DNA of 63,586 nucleotides, the filler included, from Catajapyx aquilonaris (Eukaryota): assembly GCA_000934665.2 (NCBI GenBank). It is 3 parts of 3 records of this genome, joined end to end, with 100 filler letters (N's around TTAATTAATTAA, not from the genome) between each part and the next. Parts side by side here need not be neighbours in the genome. Positions count along the whole stretch, not along the records: positions 21,249 to 42,362 come from JYFJ02006133.1; 2 more parts are not named here. One strand, given 5' to 3'. A model generated the notes under the pieces. The model ran no database searches, was not told where the DNA came from, and worked only from the letters and a program-made list of their open reading frames with translations. The position numbers and the translations under genes are program-made. This document shows, one piece after another, positions 25,209 to 36,810 of the stretch. The stretch's first letter is position 1. Every line of letters begins with the position of its first letter.

Positions 25209-25946
25209 TTCTTGCTCTTCGGTTGAATGCCCAGTGGACTGCCGCTTCCGTGTAGCACACAGTTGTACTGTATAAATTGCGGATGTGTAATCACTACAGG
25301 TACAGTTACCCAGGTTGCGCCAAGCAATGATAAGAGATTACTCGGGCATCCCTTATTGGTGAAAGGTTTAAGGACATCAATTACATGTGCGGCCCTGAAG
25401 ACAATGTAACTCACATGTTGGGGGGAGTTACCAGATGGTTGCACCATTAGTTGCAATATATTACGAATAGTTATGTAATTCCATTGTTCTGAATATTCTC
25501 ACTCTTCATGTAATCATCGTGAAGTTCTTGATATCCTGGGACACTCCAGATTTACTTTGATTACACTGCACATCAGGAACAAAAGGTACACTAAAATGAG
25601 TTGGCAGGTAATGCGTACAGCATATTTTGGGGACGGCTGATTGGTTCATAATGAGTGGGAGTTACAGCTCTGAAGAACTTTTCAAACATGAGATATGCAG
25701 GGTAATGTTTTTCAACACCACATAAAACTGTACAGGACTATGGGAAACAGTGCATCTGAAGAAATTTTAAAAATTTGCATTACTTTTAATTTGTCATTTA
25801 TTCCTCACTCATGTTGTATACACTCTAATATTGGTATGCAGCTTTTTCATTGCAATTTTGATAATAGTTTTTACAAGTAGTAAGAATCCTGAAGCTACTT
25901 GTAATTATATTGTCACTGTTGCACTTTCAAGTGGTCTTAGTCTGAA

Positions 25947-27290
25947 TCACAAAATATAATTAAACTGATGTACTCGTGTAAATTGCTGTCTCCCACTGTG
26001 CTGTGTATGAGTTCCGGGTGTTACAGACCCCCTCCCGGATGCTTCTTGCCTATTGGTCCGTCCAGGCCCTTGTGACTGGTAAATAACCCCCCGCAACTGT
26101 TGGGTAGTTGCAGTTCTTTGTTGCAATGGTGGTGCGGGATTTGCCTGGTGATATCCGTAATTTAGTGCCCTTGTTCGTGACTGTGACTGGTGTCCTCTGT
26201 AGCTACGACGTTGTGTAGATGGTACTTGGTCAGGTGTGCGTTGCGATGATGATTGATTGGCTCCGTTACTTGACAATTGTTGCCGTGACCTGAAGTAGTA
26301 ACTCTGCGACTTCTGGGTGGGTCGTGCCATTTGCGGCGCTGTCGGAGGTGTGACATAACTTGGATGGTGTGTCGATGTCGATGACTGACAGCTTCCGTAG
26401 TTAGGCGGCATTGTGTGTGCCTGTTGTTGCTGGTACCTCGTGTTCATGAAGTACGGCGGAGGCCTTGCTGACCATGACTCTTCGTAGGCAGGTGGAGCTT
26501 CAGATGCTCGTGTTTCTTGCCTCCGACGATTGGGTTCATCTGGTTCGCTTGATCGGTGACTTTGACCATTTGATTGTGATTGTTGGGGATATATTATTAT
26601 GGTGGGGGCTCTGTTGTGATGCAATATCGACGTTGTTGGAAAGGTCTGCTGGTAAAATTAATGTATTTTGCGTGATTGCACATACAAACTTGATCCTACC
26701 GAGATTAGATTTTAACTGATAATTTCGCCATAAGCCTATTATTTGGAACAGTGACTCTTTAGTCTATAGCAGTTAGAAAATGTAGCTGCTCACGTTAAGC
26801 CAAGTTGAATAGTCAATTAAAAATTCTGAATTACAATGAATAAATTGGGAATGACCCGACACTGGATATCAATAGTGTAACCAAAGTTGTGCAGGGATGA
26901 AAAATGATGGGCCAACCTAAAATTAGCAGGCATAATTTTTGAAAAAAAAGGGTAGCATATGGTTAAAAGTACCTTTACTTAAGGAGCACGCTGTCATTAT
27001 ATGAGTACTTACTTGACGTGAAGTGTGCCTTCTTGCGATGTCCTGTGTATTTCCAACATACCTGGACACGATTCGGACGAGGGCATCACATGGACAAAAC
27101 AAGATGCAGAACCTGAGCAGAAGAGAGGCTATTCATTCCAGTATTTTACGACACCGTATAACTTTATATCTCACACGTCGCAAAAAATTGCTGGTCGGCC
27201 ATAGATGCAATTCCGACGACAAATTTGCACTGCCCAAGAAAGCCAAAAAAGTACGAGAGCACCCGTAACTAGCCAAAGAAATACCTCCAT
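25947..27290 (-). CDS. Orphan membrane protein G3 with long Gln/Ser-rich tail and three PPxY motifs, ~305 aa
   Basis: Exons 27175-27290 (MEVFLWLVTGALVLFWLSWAVQICRRNC...), 27013-27112 (FCILFCPCDALVR...) and 25947-26648 (CAGCAG tandem acceptor; PPAY, PPPY, PPNY). Phases 2 and 0. Confidence 0.8.
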
Positions 27291-27858
27291 CGCAAGGCAT
27301 GGTTAAAACACTATTCTGTTACATTTCTGCTAACGACACAATGTGGCGGATATTTTCGCTGCAGATTGTACTTGTGTCCTTGTATCCGTCACGTGCAATT
27401 CCCCTTTGCAAAACTCTGAGGAAGATTATTCTGACAATATAGTGCAGCGCCTATCAGTCACCTTTGACTTATCCTGCGACTGGCTCAGCAGTAGACGAGG
27501 GAAATTCCCAGACAAAATATAACTGCTAGATTATTGTGTTTTAATATACGTAATGAGGCTAAGGAGCTTCTATGTAATTATGAGTTGAGAATAATCCATT
27601 GTTGAGATGTTGCTTATCAAACAGCTTCGTTGATGCTCAATATTTTTGTTGGCACTCCTGCATGCGCGAATTTCAAACTTATGTGATGCTGATACTGGGG
27701 GTGATGACCGTACATTCTGGATCAATTATTTTTCTCCTTTAATTTCTCTCAAGTCCTTTTGTACCATTATCACCGACCGACCATTAAAGAATGGCAATTA
27801 TTAGTTATTACATATGTGATGATCTTTTGCAAGCAGTAATGTAAGATATGTAACTCAC

Positions 27859-27969
27859 CTTGAGCCAAAAGGTTTTCCAATATTACCTTCTTTCAATTGT
27901 CACATTATCCAGGGTACCTGAAGCCTTCTATCACCGCATAACAGGAGCATGAGGCACATGATGCAAATG
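27859..27969 (-). pseudogene. Relic exon-2 copy (A) of the microprotein family
   Basis: TTGCAG acceptor and GTGAGT donor; homologous to 28742-28854 and 30461-30568 (reads ICIMCLMLLL...). Frameshifted relative to the shared stop, and no matching first exon found. Confidence 0.55.
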
Positions 27970-28784
27970 CTGCAAAACTTCTCCTTCTGCACTTCAAATT
28001 CAACAGTCAGAAACTTCAAAATTCAAGGTTTAATAATGCATAATGAGGCAACAACATGTGTAAGGTTACATGGGGGAAAGACTCACATTCGTTACTATTC
28101 ACTTCTTAAGAAAGTCTAATTTTGACGGAAAGAAAATGTTGATTTATAATTTATAATTTTGCTTATGTAACACCATATTGTGTCTGCTGCAGCATGTAAA
28201 TTTTCAAAATACGGATAGCCTGTGATTCGTCTAATTTGGCTCGAATATAAATTGTTGAACCATTCTTATATGGAGCCTTGTTGCTATAGTGGGATGCGTT
28301 TTCAACATATCAAGTTGCAAATATTTTCATGTTTCAATTTTGTCATGCATCTTGTGGTGCAGGCAGGTGAGAGTTGCAGAATGTGATGAGATATTTTCTT
28401 CAGCGGGATTGTTGTCCTCCGGAAATTTCGACTGTAAGGGAATAAAATTATATTAGCATTTTAACAATATTTTTTATCGCCGCGTAAAATGTTGGCATTG
28501 AAAATTGAACAATTATTATAATAATTGTTCAATTATGGAACTATTGTATATCTCGTTATGGCAAAAATTTTCATTTCTTCTTCATTTCTCTTCATTCTCT
28601 CCCTTCATTTCTCTCATATCCCTTTGTACAGTATGCTATTTTCTCTGACCTACCGGTACTCTCAAAAAACGGAAATAATTGTATCATAAATATGCGATGC
28701 TGTTTTGTAGGCAGTAATGCATTACAGTATGTGTAACTCACCTGAGCCATAAGGTTTTTCTAGATGACTCCTTCAATTGTCATA

Positions 28785-29349
28785 TTAACCAGTAAGGTAC
28801 TGGAGGCATCGTGCAACCGTAATTAACAGGAGTATAACGCAGATGGCGATAATGCTGCAAATAAAATAACAATTTAGTTGCATGGTACTCAAAACTTGTC
28901 CTTCTTAAAAGGATGACACCTGACCCTCCTTGAGTGCAAAGTCCAGCTGGCCTGGATATTAATAAATTGTGGAAGGATGATGACAATGACAAAGGAAATG
29001 GCGGAAAATGCAATGACCTCACTCCGATAACGTGTTTCGAGTTACATACACGTGCACTGGCATTCAATTGCATGGGGTTTGTCTCAGAATATTACACGAA
29101 CGTATTTGAAGGAGCGGCGTAAAAAAAATGTCAACAGAGTGTAACAATACGTCTATGGGACATCCTATCCTTCATCTATTAGCCACCTCTAACTATAGTG
29201 CAGTGTACTTACTTCCCTATGCTGGTGGGGTCCGGCACGATCATACGCCATATCTGGTGGCCACAACAGGAGACGAATATGAGTAAGATCGCGTAAGAAA
29301 AGACATCGGCCAGTGAAGAAATCTCCGAAGGTGGATCGTACGGGGCCAT
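28785..29349 (-). CDS. Membrane microprotein B with two hydrophobic segments, 68 aa
   Basis: GCCATGG start; exons 29213-29349 and 28785-28854 (phase 2): MAPYDPPSEISSLADVFSYAILLIFVSCCGHQIWRMIVPDPTSIGNIIAICVILLLITVARCLQYLTG*. Confidence 0.65.
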
Positions 29350-30504
29350 GGCGAAGGACTTCGAAGTGGTTCACACTGTCCTCTGCAGCAATGGCCAACT
29401 TCAGCTGCGAATGAGCCTCACTGGCTTCCCAGACAGTGACGCTTTCTTGAAGATGTTAATGGCTCATGGTCCAATCAGAAGCAAGGAAGAGGAATGGAGG
29501 CGGCAGGGATACCACACGATGCGAACCAATGCTTGGAAATAGGCTTAAAATATTTGCACTTTACACTGTAATAAATTATAATTATTTGGACACTAGAAGC
29601 AACTAGCATTAGACCTTCTGTGTGATCGTAGGTGTTTATTTCTGAGATCTGGTATTTGATCTGGCGATTTTGTAAGTGACTGAGGTTGGCAGGTGGCAGA
29701 TATATTGGTTATGAGTTATTCTTATTGTGCCTGGAAGTTGAGGGGACGGGGAGGCAGAAAAGATGGAGAAACTACAGTATTTAAGCCGTTACATCAAGTT
29801 TTAATATGATTTTTAAACTTTTGTATTTATGCTATTTTCGAAGACAGTTAACATACAGCAAAAGTGATGCCAATCCCAACTTGTTAAAAAATCACAATGT
29901 AGAACCTGTACATTACAGACACTGTGGGCGCTATCGGCGATTCAAAATTTTAAATACGTTAATCGGATAATTATGTCCAAATCGAATCCATTATTTCCTA
30001 CAACTAAGGAACAACACATTGCATGTGATCATGCGCCTAAAGCTTCATGTGAAGTTTCAGGCACATACTCTGCATTTTAATTTTTAAAATATGAGGCAGA
30101 TACGAATTTACTCCCCCTAATATTTTGCTCATGCTGCTGAACTCTTTTGAAATTGAGCTAAGTAAAATATAATGGTGGGATGTATTTTCAAAATATCAAA
30201 TCAAGGTTTGTAGGAGGATTTGTCGACTTCAATTTTGTCCTTCTTTTGCTGCACGCTGGAGAGTTTTATAGATCATGTCGAGATGAAGCAGGCCATCATG
30301 AGATCTCCTACTTCAGGTGATCATTGTCGTCAGGAAATTCTCCGCTGTAAGAAAATATAAATGTTACATTTTTTCTGGATCTTGTACCGAAGTTTGAGTG
30401 ATGGCAATAAATGTTTTATTAATAATACTATTTTGAAAGCCTGTATGGTACACAACTCACCTGATCCGGAAAGGTTATCCTTGACGAATCTTTCAATCGT
30501 AATG

Positions 30505-31196
30505 TTATCCCAATAAGAGTTCTACCCCAGCCAACAACAGCAGCAATGGGACGCAGATGACGCCAGCTCTGCAAAAAAAATAAACGATGTAGATGCATAG
30601 GGTTAAAATCTAAACATTTTAAATAAGCTGCATGCTCCAAAATCTTAAACAACACACATCAAGTTTTGAGTGTTCTCTCAGTAGGTATTGATTGTCTTCA
30701 CTTTCTATTTTTAATCATATACGATATATTGTAAGTATGAAGAGAAAGCTTATTATCCTATGCATTAAAAATAGCGACATTTTATTCCCATTTTGCCAAG
30801 AAGACACCTGACCCTTCTTGAGTGCAAAGTCCATCTGGCCTGAATTCTGTGGTATACTAGTATGATGACGATGACAATAAGGAAAAGGGTGGGGAACGCA
30901 ATGGCCTCTTTCTGATGTGTATGAGAGGTTCATGTTACATCCTAGTCCAGACAATCCAATTGCCCGATTAAATTGCATGAAGTTTCTTTTAGATGAAGAA
31001 TGGCAATAAAATGTCACCTTAACACATGTCTTACTTACAGTATTATGGTGCAGGGGTTCCTGCCTTCATCGATGCATCGGCACAGTAGGGAGCAAACAAT
31101 GTAGCAGACAAAGTAGAGAAAAAGAGCATTAGCAAAGAACCAGCAACTTCGACATAAACTAGGTTCCACAGGCAGAGGCAGATTGTCCAGACACAT
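30505..31196 (-). CDS. Membrane microprotein C, 73 aa (tandem paralog of B)
   Basis: Exons 31039-31196 and 30505-30568 (phase 2): MCLDNLPLPVEPSLCRSCWFFANALFLYFVCYIVCSLLCRCIDEGRNPCTIILAGVICVPLLLLLAGVELLLG*. Flanking DNA is homologous to the B unit at ~1.8-kb period. Confidence 0.65.
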
Positions 31197-32390
31197 GGCT
31201 GGGCATTAAAGTGTAGGAACACTGGTCTGTAGGGCAATGGTCAACTCCAGCTTCCTCAGACAGCTATGCTGTCGTGCAGGAGCCGTTAATGACTCATGGT
31301 CCAATCAGAAGCAAGGAAAGAGGAATTCAGGCTGCAGTGCTACCACAGGATGCGAACCAAAAGCTTGGAAATAGGCTCAGGCTGATAGGTTTAATCGAAT
31401 GGGTTTAATACCTTCATTATTGAAAATCTAAAATTTACAACAATCCCTGATTGTAGAAGTTAGTATAGTTTGTGAGTTCTGATATTTTGATCGGGTGATT
31501 TTGTGAGTGACTGATTAACCAGCAGATGAGGTTGGCAGGTGGCAGAAAGGTTCATTGTGCCTGGAAGAGGGGTTGAGGGAAATGGGAATAGGGCGACATT
31601 ATACAAAGCACATTATTTGGAATTATGTCGCCATTTTAGTAATTTTGAAGCAGGTTATCAAGTACTACGTCAGTAATACAGAAAAGGTGATTGCATTTCA
31701 ATTTTTGTATTGTTTTATACAAAGATTCCGTCAGAAGTTAGAAATCTGTAAAATGGCATGATGGAAACCAATACGATGTGATATGGATGGCAATAATATT
31801 CCGATAGAAATATTTGTCAATTTATTATGTCAATTGTTACGTAATGGTGCTACACACCTATTTACAGTTACATAACTACCACCATAAAAAATACTGAATT
31901 GGTGAAACTGAGATACTCGTTTAAGGCATTTTGTGAAGTTCAGGATCCACATTTAATCCTGCACTTCTATTTAGAAATTCATTTCGCACAAGAATGCCTA
32001 TGCAGTAGTCGCCTTTTTTAAAATCACGGAACAGTACTGCTTGACTTCAGAACATTTCTCAACAAAGGGGCTCGGTGAAACGTCAGACACCTCAATTGTC
32101 ACATACCATTTTAAAATATATAAATAATTATCAGCACTGATTGTGCTGGGCGATTCAATAATGGCTCAAATGCCACTTATATTATTGCTTAAACCAATGG
32201 CCGTGACAAGCCTTCGATCATCAATGCCACTTTTGGATTCATTGTTGAAAATTATTTCTGCCAGTACTTTCGTCAATACAGGTCTGATCCTTTCAGTCTT
32301 TCACTATAAGATAGCGCATATGTACAGTACACACCCTGCTTATGCAGTTTTACAACACAACACGTAATACTGAAGAGTCACTTGTAATGT

Positions 32391-34164
32391 TTAAATATGA
32401 AGCGTAGCACAATTTCCCAATTCCTGTGGAATTGTTACATAACACGTGCTGACATCTTCGGGCTGAGGCGGCTGCTTTGTCTTTGAAGCACTTCTTATCG
32501 CCTCTGTGTATGTGGGAGGCGGGATGTGATAGTCCATCGGAGGCGACATGGGAGGGCTCCATGGTGGTGGGGCGTCCTCTTGTGACGCAACTTGTGATGA
32601 GACGTCATTCCGAGGCAGACTCTGGAAGTAAAGAGTCGTTACAGTCTCTCTATCTGCTATTGAGGATTTCCGGTCACACGTGATAAAATGCGGCATTATC
32701 AAGAAAAATAATGTTAGGCCAATATTGATGCGTTCGTGTTGACGTAACCCCGTGCTTTTCTTTTGATAAATAATAATGACAAGTGGCAGTTGCAGGTCAG
32801 TTTGAAGGAGTCGTATTTGTACACTGGCTGTTATGTAAAGGAAAAAAACACCGCATAAGGATAATCCTCACCTCTTTTCAATGTTCAGAAAAAGTCCTGA
32901 ACATTACGAGCGATTTGTAAATAAACTGACGACCAGTCGAAACAATATGGTCAAATGAGTAAAATAAGGACTAAAATGTGGATGAAATTGTTGAAATTGA
33001 AATTGTTGTCATTTAAAACAAACTATCAGATTTTCGAAGCAGAGAAATAATAAAATGTCTTATTATTACACCCTGTAGCAATGTTGGTATTTGCTGATGC
33101 TATTTTTCTGCGCATTTTAAGGAATAAGCAATTCAACAGTGAAGGTTGGTTTTTGTCTCTCGGTGTCAATGTGCTTTCACAATAGAGAATGTTTGCCATT
33201 TATTGTGTAGTATTTGTAATCAGAAATGCTTCATAAATACAATAACCTGCCCGATATGACCGCTATGTAGTGTACTCCTACTGATGGAGGTCAGTGATGT
33301 GTACAGAGCGAGTACAAGTAAACATTGATCAGTTAGCAAATTTGATATTAAACCTGAAAATCAATCCAGGATAATGAAATAGTAAAATATTGATTATCAA
33401 CATGTTGGCTAATGAGGGTGTCAATTATAAAGTGTGATTTTTACATCGACTTTTAAAATTATCCGTAAGATTTGACCATCTCGGAAAGTACCTTCAAACA
33501 TACTGTACAACGCCTAACTTAACCAAAATATGACTCTCATTATTGGTCAACATTTCAGGTCTATATTTGCACGTCCCTATATGTAACATTAAATGTAATT
33601 ATGTATTTACCCGAGTGGTAGCTGGTATTTGGCGAACGTTCCCTTTCCGCTTCCGATGTGACAGCAGACATTTGCACAGTATCAGGAGGAGTATCAAGGA
33701 TACGATGAGCACCACGACTGCAAGAAGAAAAAAAAAGCACAAATCACATTAGATTATATCAGACTTTCTGCAAAACAATCCCATGGAAAATTTACATTTC
33801 AAACAGGAGTTCTCATTTTTACGTAATACTGTTGATTTAGGACCGGTTGCACCAAAGCTAGATTCAGGTTCAGGTACTACTGTTGTTAATTGTTGACAAC
33901 AATTACTCGCACCTAAACCTGAAACTTTCTTTGATGCAAAACTCTTCATATGTCAAGATATTACGATTTCAAAGTATTTTCCTTACTTCCGACAACAAAT
34001 TCTGTCTTTTGTGACAAAACGGGTGAGACGTCGTCGCAGCATGTATCGTCATCACGTAAGCAGCACACAGTGTTCCCATGGCAGCACCGATGGACATAAT
34101 CTCTGCAGTAAGTGACACCACATGTGCCTTCTAAAGAGACTGAAGAGTTGTCGTTACGAACCAT
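32391..34164 (-). CDS. Cys-rich ectodomain / single TM / PPxY protein G4 (paralog of G2), ~171 aa
   Basis: Exons 33987-34164 (MVRNDNSS...C..C..CC..CC..CC), 33611-33717 (VVLIVSLILLLILCKC) and 32391-32621 (PPPWSPP, IPPPTYTEA). Same intron phases (1, 0) as G2. Confidence 0.8.
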
Positions 34165-36279
34165 CCTCAACACTAAAGGTGTCTTCTTGCAAGTGCACTC
34201 GTACGTAGAGCTGTCTAGCTTTATGTACTGTACACTCAGGTTATCTTATCTTTATCTGTTTACTGTGACCTCAATCGGAACTGTGGACTTCCAGGCCGAA
34301 TGTGGGTGGGTAAAGTGTGATGGTCGAAGGACACTGTGTGATGCAAAATGTGATATAAGATTTGTGGTCCAAGAACGTCATCAGGATTAGTTACTGTTGA
34401 TCCCTTATGGGAGATCAGATATTACATTGAAGTCAATAATGGACATAGCTGATCCATCTGATTTTAGGGCATTAGCTGGATTAACTAATATGGGTCTCGC
34501 TTGAAATAGACAATTACGGTTGGAGAAACACAGTAACTAGACATTAGACAGCCTCTAGCTCAAAGTAGCTGGATTACTTAACAGTGTGACCTTTTCACTC
34601 AACTATTCTCGAATGTCTTCTACGTCCTTGTGCAAAGCTTACTTACAATATAATGACATGATGAAGTGTGATTATCAAGAAAAATGTGAACTTGACATAT
34701 TAGAAAGCAGTATATACGTAACATTACTTTTCTATGAGCAGATATGATAGGGCCTGAGATCATAAAAGCATTAATGTATTACTCACAGCCTGCTGGTACA
34801 ATTGCACCTTGAGTGTGAACTGCTTATTACAAAGGTTTGCAGCCCAAGTTTAAGTACGTCAATAACTAGGTTTTATATGCAAGGAACTGGAACACATTTT
34901 ACTATTTGCACACTGCACTCTCTTTTTGTGCAGACAATTCCTCATGATAGTTATCGCCGTCAAAATGTGAATCATGTACTGACGATTTCTTGAGGTTTGC
35001 AAATAATGCCACACATACACCCCAAGTGATTAGAACTGTTTCCCCCCCCCCCCCCCCCCCCTNGTGCTTATAGCATAGTCAGCATACTTTTCCCACGCGA
35101 TAATAACTTGCTGTAGGCGAGTGAACTTTATTGCCACTTTGCCAAGTCGGCAAAATGTTGGACGATTTCTCCCGACAACCAACACACAACTTTTGATCCG
35201 GGTGCCATGAGTTGCCAGGAGGTAAAAGCTACACACTGCGCATGACCTGATTGGCGCAATTCATACATTGCATAGAGTGCATCACTTCATAAATACATTT
35301 ACATTTTTGTTGTTATCATATTATGTGGTTATGCAATACTGTGCACATATAGTATAATTTCGTCATAAATTTGCGAAAAAATTGTGCTGAAATTACTTAA
35401 CCAATAATTGCTCAAAATTTTGCAAATTATTGGTGGCTCATTCTGTAAAATTTAATGAAGAGCCAGCAAGTATGGGATTTACATTTGCCCAAAACAGATG
35501 GCGTGAGCAATGCAAAAAAGCCCGTCTCTCCAAATCATTCCACATCAATAATTGACTGTGTCCAACTTTTTGCAAAATCCTGCGACAAATCTTGCTGCCT
35601 GTGCTACACAGTACGAGTTTAGCTCTCCCCAGTCCTCTCAAAGCCGACCGGTGCAAAGAGTCCCTACGACTTACAACTCACTTGTCAACCGGAGGCCATC
35701 AGTACACTAGAGGTAGCTGCATCTGGCCACCCTGAATTATAATTATCAATAATTTTAACCACCTTGTTTTCAGTATAGCCCCCCCCCCCCCCTAATAACA
35801 GAAAGTCGACTGCGGCTTAATTAACACTTTTGACACTTTTGTGCAATTTGTATTTTGCACGGCTGTTTTGCAAAAAAAAAAATGTTTGGCAGATATCCAG
35901 TGCAATCTGCACGCGGTTTCTTGCCAGTGGATTGCGCAGTCATTCTCCCGGCAGGCGATGCTTCACTTTCTGAAAGGGTGTGGGAATAAGGCAGGAGGTA
36001 ACTTGCTGTAATGCTTGGTAGGAATTATTATTGAAAGTAATACGTAAATTTGGGATGTAAAAAATAGCTCGGATAATTGCTGGTTATAGCTGCTTATTAT
36101 TAACAATAAGTAGTGAACCATTTAGTTACAACTTAGGTCGGTCCTATATATTTTTTTATTACAAAATATTTTACGCTATGCGAATTGCAATGTTAATTCC
36201 ATAATATTGATGGCTGATCATGATTATGTTCATCTGCACGGGTCCAATTTGTCGCACTTTCCAGGTGTAGGAGTGGAAC

Positions 36280-36810
36280 TTAATAGGGTGACATATTATA
36301 TTTTGGGGTCACCCACTTTGGCTTGGCAAGTTCTCCGATCCTGTCACTAGGAACAGCCTGAAAATAATAATAACAACAATAGTAGTATTAGTAATAATAA
36401 TACAGGGTGATACAAAAATTGTGTGGATCAGCAGGCTACAAATAGTAATACCAACGTTTGTACGGAATACAAGCATAGTAATTATTTGTAGTGTGCAAAT
36501 ATTTGCAATAAATTTGAAGTACGTACACGCAGAGTTCGTTTCGAAATCTTTCGAGGAAACTCGTGGTCGTGCATCACCCCGGGATGCTCCTTCTTCGGCT
36601 GAGACAGTCTCTCTAGTCTGGAACTGCATCTGAATCGAATAATGTCTCCACCTAGAGCAAAATATTAAACGGTATTACGTATATTGCCTATATTCTGAGG
36701 TTAATATTAATTTAGGCTATAGGTACCACAGTTATTTACTCACTCGGTTTCCGAGGCGGTGTAGCTACTTGCCAACTCCTGCTAAATGTGTTCCACATCC
36801 AGTTGATCAT
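36280..36810 (-). CDS. THEG (testicular haploid expressed gene) repeat-containing protein, short (~89 aa) or truncated
   Basis: Exons 36744-36810, 36527-36651 and 36280-36357 splice in frame to ...CSSRLERLSQPKKEHP...PRKISKRTLRAVPSDRIGELAKPK..., i.e. two S.R(L/I)..L(A/S).PK motifs. Confidence 0.6.

Noticed and set aside
36309..36629. ORF with a hydrophobic C-terminus as a membrane protein
   Set aside because: The THEG motifs are in a different frame; the hydrophobic stretch is AT-rich intron.
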